60,003 bases of DNA from Thermoleophilia bacterium (GTDB lineage: Bacteria > Actinomycetota > Thermoleophilia > UBA2241), in assembly GCA_016933475.1 (NCBI GenBank), contig JAFGAW010000009.1, positions 1 through 60,003 of the forward strand, given 5' to 3'. The number at the start of each line of letters is the position of its first letter. Position 1 is the stretch's first letter. Shown here one piece after another: positions 46,040-53,106 of this stretch. The notes below the pieces were generated by a model. That model ran no database searches. It saw only the letters and a program-made list of their open reading frames with translations, and was not told the DNA's origin. The translations under genes were made by a program, and so were the position numbers.

Positions 46040-46262
46040 GGTCGGTCCTCCTTTCGACGTAGAGCGTTCCCCGCTGCCGCGGAGGTGAAGCAGCCGGCGG
46101 CGCCGGTACGCGCTGCCGGCTGCCCTTCTGCTCCTTGACCGCCTCGCGCAGCGCCCACTCGACCTGGGCGTTGACGCTGCGGAGCTCGTCGGCGGCCCAC
46201 TTCCCGGGCTCCGTCCAGAGTTCGGGGTCGACGCGCAGGAGGCATTGCCTGCGCACGGCCAT
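45636..46262 (-). CDS. Ribbon-helix-helix (Arc/CopG-like) DNA-binding protein. The 3' end is unresolved.
   Basis: The N-terminal 45 aa, MAVRRQCLLRVDPELWTEPGKWAADELRSVNAQVEWALREAVKEQ, fit the RHH pattern (beta strand, helix, RS.N, helix). The frame has no stop until 45636 and overlaps the MBL-like gene by about 400 nt as an Arg/Pro-rich tail. Confidence 0.4.
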   Translation of the reverse strand: MAVRRQCLLRVDPELWTEPGKWAADELRSVNAQVEWALREAVKEQKGSRQRVPAPPAASPPRQRGTLYVERRTDHDHPRRAGPRDPLVDDPPPRVQDGGRGGRELRPPGRPRHRPRRPPRAPRAGPRARHRARGARPSRTRCLAPRAPGVDPLPHAKHRAPVRALLGPAGDAGLGPRRRAQALRLGHAAQRDPQGQGRAGRRGRRRHR

Positions 46263-46385
46263 CAGTCCACCGTTCGGGGACTCGGCGCGCCCAGTCGCCG
46301 GGCGTCGGCCGCCCGGGCGAGCGATACGCAGATGAGCCCGTTGTGAAAGCGCGCGTCCGGTGATTCGCAGCGAGGACGGTGTGCG

Positions 46386-46417
46386 GGCGGCGGGGCGCTC
46401 GCGAGCGCCCCGCCGCC
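46386..46417. promoter_or_regulatory. Perfect 32-nt palindrome in the RHH/PadR intergenic region
   Basis: GGCGGCGGGGCGCTCG|CGAGCGCCCCGCCGCC. Confidence 0.6.
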
Positions 46418-46440
46418 GTCCGTCGATCGGGCCCGGGGCG

Positions 46441-46564
46441 CATGCGCTCGCCTTCGCTCGGTCCCACGCGCTCGCTGGCTGCTGCGAGCACGCGCTCGGC
46501 TTCGGATTGGCCGCACGCGCTCGCCGGCGGCTGGAATGGTGCGCTCGCCGTCCGAGCGGTGACC
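46441..46564. repeat. Iteron-like array: 5 copies of (C/G)(A/G)(C/T)GCGCTCG(C/G) at 24-27-nt spacing
   Basis: The GCGCTCG motif starts at 46444, 46468, 46492, 46517 and 46541. Units begin CATGCGCTCGCC / CACGCGCTCGCT / CACGCGCTCGGC / CACGCGCTCGCC / GGTGCGCTCGCC. Confidence 0.7.
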
Positions 46565-46633
46565 CTGGGTACGCGCCAACGGCTTGGAGTGTTCGTTTGA
46601 CAATAGTGTGTGACGCACAGTATCGTGCGGCAC

Positions 46634-46978
46634 ATGAACTGCATCGACGACGTGCTTGCGGGTCACGCGCAGGAGTTGCGTCGGGGTTCGGTGGTGCTTG
46701 CCTGTCTCAGCGTCCTGCGCGAGCCGCGCTACGGGTACGCGTTGCTCGACCTTCTGAAGGAGGCCGGCATCGAGGTCGACGGCAACACGCTGTACCCGCT
46801 GCTCCGCCGCCTCGAGCGTCAGGGCCTCCTGACCAGCGCGTGGAACACCGACGACGCCCGGCCACGCAAGTACTACAGCGTGAGCCCGTCGGGCGAGCGC
46901 GTCCGCGAGCGCCTGGCGGCGGAGTGGGCGGCGCTCGACGGCAGCATCCGGGCACTCCTCAAGGAGAAGGGCGCATGA
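46634..46978 (+). CDS. PadR family transcriptional regulator
   Basis: LACLSVLREPRYGYALLDLLKEAGIEVDGNTLYPLLRRLERQGLLTSAWNTDDARPRKYYSVSPSG. An upstream TTGACA at 46597 is a possible -35. Confidence 0.85.
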   Translation: MNCIDDVLAGHAQELRRGSVVLACLSVLREPRYGYALLDLLKEAGIEVDGNTLYPLLRRLERQGLLTSAWNTDDARPRKYYSVSPSGERVRERLAAEWAALDGSIRALLKEKGA

Positions 46979-47988
46979 ACGCAGGACGCAGCAACGACCT
47001 CGTGGAGCGGTACGTGTGGGCGGTCGCCAGGCGGCTGCCGAAGCAGGTCGGCGCCGACGTGGCGCAGGAGCTGCACGCGACGATCGCCGACATGGTCGAG
47101 GCCCGCGGCGGGGGAGAGGAAGCGGTGCGGGAGGTCCTCGTCGAGCTCGGCGACCCGGCGCAGCTCGCCGCTGGCTACGTGACGAAGCCGCGCCACCTGA
47201 TCGGCCCCGAGCTGTACCCCACGTACGTGCGACTCCTCACGACCCTGCTGCTCGTGATCGTCCCGCTCGTCCTCGTCGTCACTCTGGTGGCCGAGCTCTG
47301 GGATCCGGTCGACGGGGTGCCGCTGGGCGTGCTCGCCGGCCTGCAAGCGGCGGCACAGACCGGGGTGATGGTCGCCTTCGGTGTCACTCTCGTCTTCGCC
47401 GTCCTCGAGCGCTACGGCGTCGTGCCCGGCGCGGCCGGCGGCCGTCGCGGCGCGTGGGACCCGGCGACCCTGTCGCCGGTCGGCGGCGGCCGGCAGATCT
47501 CCATCGGGGGTCCGGTCGCGAGCATCGTCTTCCTGTCCCTCCTGCTGGGCTGGGTCGTGTGGCAACGCTCGCACTCCGTGTTCCACGTCGACGGGGAGCC
47601 CGTGGCGTTCCTCGATGGGGCCCTCTGGGATGCGTGGGTGCCGGTCTTCGTCGCCATCGTCGTCGCGGGTATCGCGATCGAGGTCTGGAAGGCCGTGTCC
47701 GGCGTGTGGACCCTCGCGCTGGTCGCGGCCAACGTGGCCGTCAACACGGCGTTCGCCGCTTTCTTCGTGGCTCTGCTCGGCACGCAGCGCGTCGTGGCTC
47801 CGGCGTTCGAAGGCGAGTTCGAGCGGCTGTCGGGCGAGCAGTTCCCCGGTGGCGTGGTCGCCTTCGCGTTCGCCGCCGTCGTGGTCGGGATCTCCGCCTG
47901 GGACAGCGTCGACTGCATCCTCGCCTGGCGGCGCCGTCGTCGCGAGGCCGCGGCCGGCGCCCGCACGGCGGCGGGCGCGGCCGGCTGA
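46975..47988 (+). CDS. HAAS/DUF1700-like membrane protein partnered with PadR
   Basis: ATGA overlap with padR. LVERYVWAVARRLPKQVGADVAQELHATIADMVE..., then about 6 TM helices. Confidence 0.65.
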   Translation: MNAGRSNDLVERYVWAVARRLPKQVGADVAQELHATIADMVEARGGGEEAVREVLVELGDPAQLAAGYVTKPRHLIGPELYPTYVRLLTTLLLVIVPLVLVVTLVAELWDPVDGVPLGVLAGLQAAAQTGVMVAFGVTLVFAVLERYGVVPGAAGGRRGAWDPATLSPVGGGRQISIGGPVASIVFLSLLLGWVVWQRSHSVFHVDGEPVAFLDGALWDAWVPVFVAIVVAGIAIEVWKAVSGVWTLALVAANVAVNTAFAAFFVALLGTQRVVAPAFEGEFERLSGEQFPGGVVAFAFAAVVVGISAWDSVDCILAWRRRRREAAAGARTAAGAAG

Positions 47989-48001
47989 GGCCGCCCGCCG
48001 G

Positions 48002-48586
48002 TCAGCGGCTGCGCAGCTGCGGGCGCGGAGCCTCGCGCAGCTCCGCACGGTTCGTGTAGGTGAGCAGCCCGAGGCAGGCGACCCCGAACATGACCACCAC
48101 GGCCGCCGCACCCGTGAGCAGCAACACGAGAGAGAACAGGGTCACGCCGGCGACGTTCGTCCAAGCATCGGGGAAGCGCAGGGCGTAGAAGAGCCCGAAG
48201 CACACGGCGAGGCCCAGCATCGCGATCGGCCCCGCGAGGGCGAGCCAGGCGCCGAAGGTCGCGGCCACGCCCTTGCCGCCCCTGAAGCGGAGCAGGGGGG
48301 AGAAGTCGTGGCCGAGGATCGGCGCCAGGGCGACCGGCAGCAGCGCCCACCCGGAGATGCCGAGGGCGAGGCGCGCGACGGCGATCGGCACGGCGGCCTT
48401 GGCGATGTCGAGCGCGGCCGCCGCGATGCCGAGCGCCGGCCCGCCGGCGCGCCAGACGTTGCCCGCGCCGGGGTTGTGGTCGGGACCGTACTCGCGGATG
48501 TCGACGCCCGACGCCAGGCGGCCGAGCCACAGGGAAAGGGGCAGCGATCCGGCGACGAAGCCGATCAGCGTCATCGCGAGTGCCAC
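48002..48586 (-). CDS. plsY: Glycerol-3-phosphate acyltransferase PlsY
   Basis: IGFVAGSLPLSLWLGRL, NPGAGNVWR, LDIAKAAVPI, ILGHDFSPLLRFRGGKGVAT. GTG 48586 lies 8 nt after GGAGG. Confidence 0.8.
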   Translation of the reverse strand: MALAMTLIGFVAGSLPLSLWLGRLASGVDIREYGPDHNPGAGNVWRAGGPALGIAAAALDIAKAAVPIAVARLALGISGWALLPVALAPILGHDFSPLLRFRGGKGVAATFGAWLALAGPIAMLGLAVCFGLFYALRFPDAWTNVAGVTLFSLVLLLTGAAAVVVMFGVACLGLLTYTNRAELREAPRPQLRSR

Positions 48587-48786
48587 GCTGGCACCTCCTT
48601 CGTCGCGCCCCGGGCGGCGCGTGTCACCCCCGAGGGCGTCGCGCCTGAGCCGCGACGCCCGGCCGCTCGCGCCGTCGCGACCCGATGCCCGGCCGCTCGC
48701 ATCGTCGAGACGCACCGCCACGGTGCCGCGCCGTCGGCCTCTGTGGAACGACGTCCTGCGCTTCTCTTTCCCCGTGCGCTGCCGCG

Positions 48787-49149
48787 CTACTTCTTCGTCC
48801 AGACGATAGTCTCGAACTCGAGCCGGTCGCCGACGATGGTCCCGACCTCGGACTCTTCGCCCTCCATGTCGAGCGAGATCTTGTCGCCGTCTACCGTGTA
48901 CCTGCCCTTGAACTCGATGTCGTCGCCGCCCATGGGGTTGGGCCCGGCGAGGGTGAACTCACCGTCGTCCAGGGTGAGGGTGAAGGACTCCATGACCTCC
49001 TCGCCCTCGGTCATCTCGTAGGTGCCGTCGGCTTCACCGCCGCAAGCGGCGAGGCCGGCGACGACCAGGACGGCCAGCGCGGTCAGTGCAAGGATGGCGA
49101 CGAGTCGCGAGCGGGCGCGTGCCCGCGGTGCGCGGCGGTGGCTGGTCAT
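48787..49149 (-). CDS. Hypothetical lipoprotein
   Basis: Signal plus lipobox LVVAGLAAC|GG, then an acidic beta-rich domain. 120 aa. Stop is TAG. Confidence 0.65.
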   Translation of the reverse strand: MTSHRRAPRARARSRLVAILALTALAVLVVAGLAACGGEADGTYEMTEGEEVMESFTLTLDDGEFTLAGPNPMGGDDIEFKGRYTVDGDKISLDMEGEESEVGTIVGDRLEFETIVWTKK

Positions 49150-49319
49150 GGGGCCTCCTGTCCTGGTCGCCGCCGCCGCTGGGGCGGGCCGGCGGTCACG
49201 TGTGCGCTGAGTACGGTTTCGGCTCGGGCGGCGTCTGACCTCTCGGGGCGAAGGGAGCGGGCTGCGTCAATCGTCGCGGGGCGGGCTGCACCAGGCGCCT
49301 CGGAGTGAGGACGCACGAG

Positions 49320-49357
49320 CCGAGGGGCGGCGGGCCGCACGGCCCGCCGCCCCTCGG
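49320..49357 (-). terminator. Strong hairpin downstream of hdrB (end of the hdr-met operon)
   Basis: 17-bp perfect stem CCGAGGGGCGGCGGGCC / GGCCCGCCGCCCCTCGG with loop GCAC, 35 nt after the hdrB stop. Confidence 0.55.
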
Positions 49358-49391
49358 CGACATCCAGGCGACGAGCCGCGCGGGGTGCCCG

Positions 49392-50258
49392 CTACGCCAT
49401 CACCGCCCGGGCGTCGATCAGGTTCTTGCTGAGGCCCAGCTCCTTGTCGCCGAGGCCGATGGCGCGGCCGACGAGTTGGCTGAGGAAGAGTACCGGCAGG
49501 CCGACCCAGGCGCTGTCCTTGCGGGCGATCTCGCTCTGGCGGCCGTCGAGGTTGGCCTGACAGAGCGGGCAGGCGACGGCGACCGCGGCGGCGCCGCAGG
49601 CACGGGCGTCGCTCACGATGCGCGCGACGAGATCGTCGACGATGCCCTGCTCGGTGAGTGCCAGCGCGGCGCCGCAGCAGTCGGTCTTGTAGTTCCAGTC
49701 GATCGCCTCGCAGCCGAGCGTCTCGACGACGGCCTCCATGCGGGTCGGGTACTCGGGGTCGTCGGCTTGGGTGACGTCGGGCGGGCGCGTGAGCAGACAC
49801 CCGTAGTAACAGGCTACCTTGAGGCTCTTGAAGGGGCGCTTGACCTTGGCGGCGAGCGCCTCGAGGCCGACGGCGTCGTGGTAGACATCGACCAGGTTCT
49901 GCACCGTGACGCCGCCGTCGTAGCCGCGCCCGACCACCGACTTGACGTCGTCGGCGACCGCCGGGTCCTGCATCTCGTGGGCGCCCGTCTTGAAGCGGCT
50001 GTAGCACGCCGCACAGGGGACGGCGACGGCGTCGAGCTTCATGTCCTTCTCGACCTTGGCGAGCTCGTTCACAGGCAGCGCCAGGGAGAGCAGGCGGTTG
50101 ATGGAATGGGCCGCCGTGTTGCCGCAGCACTCCCAGCCGGGGATCTCCTCGAGCGTCAGCCCGAGCTCCCGGGCCGTGGCCCTGAAGCTGGCGTCGAACT
50201 CGGCGGAAGTGCCGTGCAGCGAGCAGCCGGGGTAGTAGGCGAGGGTCTTGGGGCTCAT
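49392..50258 (-). CDS. hdrB: Heterodisulfide reductase subunit B-like (two CCG domains)
   Basis: YYPGCSLHG...GWECCGNTAAH; YYGCLLTRP...KTDCCGAALAL; ACPLCQANLD. The start overlaps the hdrC stop (ATGA). Stop is TAG. Confidence 0.9.
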   Translation of the reverse strand: MSPKTLAYYPGCSLHGTSAEFDASFRATARELGLTLEEIPGWECCGNTAAHSINRLLSLALPVNELAKVEKDMKLDAVAVPCAACYSRFKTGAHEMQDPAVADDVKSVVGRGYDGGVTVQNLVDVYHDAVGLEALAAKVKRPFKSLKVACYYGCLLTRPPDVTQADDPEYPTRMEAVVETLGCEAIDWNYKTDCCGAALALTEQGIVDDLVARIVSDARACGAAAVAVACPLCQANLDGRQSEIARKDSAWVGLPVLFLSQLVGRAIGLGDKELGLSKNLIDARAVMA

Positions 50259-50830
50259 CCCTTACCCCCTTCGTGCTGCTTTGCTTCGGTGAGGCTCTCG
50301 GCGGTCTTGACCATGCGCTTCATGGCGTCGGTGTCGCCCTTCTTCAGGGTCGGGTTGATCTTGCCCTTGAGAAGCATCTTCGGCCCGAGCGAGAGCCACG
50401 CGAGGACGCCCTTGGGCCGGTGCAACGCGTCGCGGGCGATGAGCTCGATCTCCCACATGCGGCCCCAGCGGGCGAACGAGTCGTAGTTGTACTTGAACAT
50501 CTGCGCCGACGGGGCGTCGGGGTGCACCTTACCCTCGCGGCGGGCGATGATCTTGAGCTCGTCCATGATGCCGGCGATGTCGATGCCCTGAGGGCAGCGC
50601 GTGGTGCACGTCTGACAGCCGGTGCACAGCCAGATGAACTTGTCCTCGAAGATCATGTCGTACTGCCCGAGCTGGACGGCGCGCATGATCTGCGCCGGGT
50701 GCATGCCGGCCTGGTCGGCCACCGGGCAGCCCGCCGTGCAGCGCTTGCACTGGTAGCAGAGGTATGGGTTCTCGGCACAGCCGGCCCCCACCTTGGTGGC
50801 GAGGACGCCGCTTGGACTGCAGGTCGCCAT
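50255..50830 (-). CDS. hdrC: Heterodisulfide reductase subunit C-like (2x[4Fe-4S])
   Basis: CYQCKRCTAGCP and CTGCQTCTTRCP. ATG 50830 lies 5 nt after GGAGG. The track ORF begins two codons earlier, at GTG 50836. Confidence 0.9.
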   Translation of the reverse strand: MATCSPSGVLATKVGAGCAENPYLCYQCKRCTAGCPVADQAGMHPAQIMRAVQLGQYDMIFEDKFIWLCTGCQTCTTRCPQGIDIAGIMDELKIIARREGKVHPDAPSAQMFKYNYDSFARWGRMWEIELIARDALHRPKGVLAWLSLGPKMLLKGKINPTLKKGDTDAMKRMVKTAESLTEAKQHEGGKG

Positions 50831-50839
50831 CCCCACCTC

Positions 50840-51784
50840 CTAGGCCACGGCCGGACGAGGCATGAGGCCGGCCGCCTCGACGATCTCGGGCACCGCGGGC
50901 TCCCACTCGATAGCCATGATGTGGACGCCGGCGACACCCTCGATCTCGGTGAACTCCTTGATCATCTCGACGGCGATCTTCTTGCCTTCGGCCTGCGATG
51001 CCGGCCCCTTCTCGACGCCCGCCATGCGGTCGACGATGGCCTGGGGCACGTCGATGCCGGGCACGAACTTCTGCATGTAGCGCGCCCCGCCGACGCCCTT
51101 GAGCGGGGTGATGCCGGCGAGGATCTTGATCTCCTTGTGCAGCCCGAGGGCGCGCACCTCCTCCATCCACTTCTTGAACTTGGGGACGTTGAAGATGCAC
51201 TGCGTCTGGACGAAGTCGGCGCCTGCCTCGACCTTCTTCTTGAGGCGCAGGGCGCGGAACTCGAACGGGTCGGCGAAGGGGTTCTCGGCACAGCCGATGT
51301 AGAGCTCGGGCGCGACCGGCATCTCCTCGCCGCACTGGAACTTCTTGTCGTCGCGCATGTCCTTGTACATGCGGATCAGGTTGAGCGAGTCGAGGTCATG
51401 GACGCCCTTGGCCTCGGGGTGGTTGCCGAAGCTCATGTGATCGCCGGTGAGGCAGAGGACGTTCTTGATGCCCAGCGTGTAGGCGCCGAGGATGTCGGCC
51501 TGCATGGCGAGCCGGTTACGGTCGCGGCAGGTCATCTGGAGGATGGCCTCGACCCCGTTCTGCTGCGCGGTGACGCCGGATGCCATGGAGCAGACGCGGA
51601 CCACGGCGGTCTGGTTGTCGGTGATGTTGACGGCGTCGACGTAGCCCTTGAGGATCTTCGCCTTCTCCTCGATGACGCCGACGTCGGCGCTCTTCGGCGG
51701 GCCGCACTCGCCGGTCACGGCGAACTTGCCCGCCGCGAGGACCTTCTCGAGGTTGGAGCCGGCTTTGAATCCGTTCTCGGTCAT
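50840..51784 (-). CDS. metF: Methylenetetrahydrofolate reductase, acetogen/MetFV type
   Basis: MTENGFKAGSNLEKVLAAGKFAVTGECGPPK...VNITDNQTAVVR...CLTGDH...AENPFADP...KKKVEAGADFVQTQCIF.... 314 aa. ATGA overlap with metV. Stop is TAG. Confidence 0.9.
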   Translation of the reverse strand: MTENGFKAGSNLEKVLAAGKFAVTGECGPPKSADVGVIEEKAKILKGYVDAVNITDNQTAVVRVCSMASGVTAQQNGVEAILQMTCRDRNRLAMQADILGAYTLGIKNVLCLTGDHMSFGNHPEAKGVHDLDSLNLIRMYKDMRDDKKFQCGEEMPVAPELYIGCAENPFADPFEFRALRLKKKVEAGADFVQTQCIFNVPKFKKWMEEVRALGLHKEIKILAGITPLKGVGGARYMQKFVPGIDVPQAIVDRMAGVEKGPASQAEGKKIAVEMIKEFTEIEGVAGVHIMAIEWEPAVPEIVEAAGLMPRPAVA

Positions 51785-52464
51785 ACCGGCTTCGCCTCCT
51801 CGCGCACCATCTTGCGTGGGCCGCCGGAGCTCGACTTGCTCCAGTCCTTCGGCGGCCGCAGCTCCAGCATCAGCTCCTCGCGCCCCTGGGCCTTCAGCCG
51901 CTCCCAGATGAGGTGCCAGGCGCACTCGATCTCTTCCTTCTCGGGGGTCGTGACCTCGCAGAGGCCGTCGTGCGACCCGCCGCAGGGCCCATTCATGAGG
52001 CTCTTCGAGCAGCGCACGACGGGGCAGATGCCGCCGGTGAGCCCGATGCGGCAGTCGCCGCAGGCGGCGCAGCGCTCGAGCCAGACGGCGTGCTCCTGCG
52101 GCATGCCCAGCATGTTGGTGTTGACGGCCGGCATCACGAGCTTGGGGGCGAACTTCTCGGCCATGCTCTGGATGCCGATGCCGCAGGCCATGCTGAGCAC
52201 GACGTCGGCCGCCTCGACCTTCTCGGCGATCATGTCGAGGTACTCCCACTCGCACTGGCGGATCGCGGCGGTGTGCTCGACCTCGACCTCGCGGCCGTCG
52301 GCCTGGGCCTTCATCCTCAGTTCGGTCGCGAGGATCTCGGCCTCCTTCTCGCCGCCGGTCATGCAGATGGCGACGCAGGTGTCGCAGCCGGCGACGAGGA
52401 TCTTCTTCTTGCCGGAGACGAGGTCGAGGATCTCGTCGAACGGCTTGCGTTCAGCTGTGATCAT
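51781..52464 (-). CDS. metV: MetV, zinc-finger/FeS partner subunit of MetF
   Basis: KILVAGCDTCVAIC..., CAACGDCRIGLTGGICPVVRCSKSLMNGPCGGSHDGLCEV. Confidence 0.85.
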   Translation of the reverse strand: MITAERKPFDEILDLVSGKKKILVAGCDTCVAICMTGGEKEAEILATELRMKAQADGREVEVEHTAAIRQCEWEYLDMIAEKVEAADVVLSMACGIGIQSMAEKFAPKLVMPAVNTNMLGMPQEHAVWLERCAACGDCRIGLTGGICPVVRCSKSLMNGPCGGSHDGLCEVTTPEKEEIECAWHLIWERLKAQGREELMLELRPPKDWSKSSSGGPRKMVREEAKPV

Positions 52465-53105
52465 TCGGCGGGTCCCTTCTCGGAAGTCGCGACGGGCGGG
52501 GGTGTGTCGTCTGGCGGCGCGGCTGAGTCGGCCGCCTCGTCGGCGATGGCGATGTGCTTGACGGCGTCGCGGACGAGACTGTGCGGCGACACGCCGTGTC
52601 GCCGCAGCGGGTTAGGCCCGAGCAGTCTGATGCGTTCGGTGAACTCGTTCGCCACACGGGCGAACTCGGGACCGTCGGCCGACGACATGTTGTACATCTC
52701 GATACGCTCGGGGTCGGCGCCGACTTCGGCGAGGAGACCCTTGACCAGCGCCACGCGCTTGCGCGCCCAGAGGTTGCCCTTGAGGAAGTGACACTCGCCC
52801 TCCATGCACCCGGCGGCGTAGACGCCGTCGGCGCCTGACTCGATGGCGTGCAGCAGGTGGATCACCTCGAGCTTGCCGGTACACGGCAGCTTGATGATGC
52901 GGATGGTCGCCGGGTACTGCAGGCGCAGGCTGCCGGCCAGGTCGGCGGCGGCGTACGCACAGTAGTGACAGGCGAACACGATGATCTCGGGCTCGAAGTC
53001 GGGGTCGACCGGCCGTCTCGGCTCCTGCTCGACTGCTGTGGCGTCGGCATCGACCGTGGCTTCCTGAGGCGGAGCCTCCACGGCGGCGTTCGTCTCGTCG
53101 GCCAC
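52461..53105 (-). CDS. mvhD: MvhD-like [2Fe-2S] electron-transfer protein (hydrogenase delta-subunit family)
   Basis: IIVFACHYCAYAAADLAG...IIKLPCTGKLEVIHLLHAIESGADGVYAAGCMEGECHF. Confidence 0.85.
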   Translation of the reverse strand: MADETNAAVEAPPQEATVDADATAVEQEPRRPVDPDFEPEIIVFACHYCAYAAADLAGSLRLQYPATIRIIKLPCTGKLEVIHLLHAIESGADGVYAAGCMEGECHFLKGNLWARKRVALVKGLLAEVGADPERIEMYNMSSADGPEFARVANEFTERIRLLGPNPLRRHGVSPHSLVRDAVKHIAIADEAADSAAPPDDTPPPVATSEKGPAE

Positions 53106-53106
53106 G

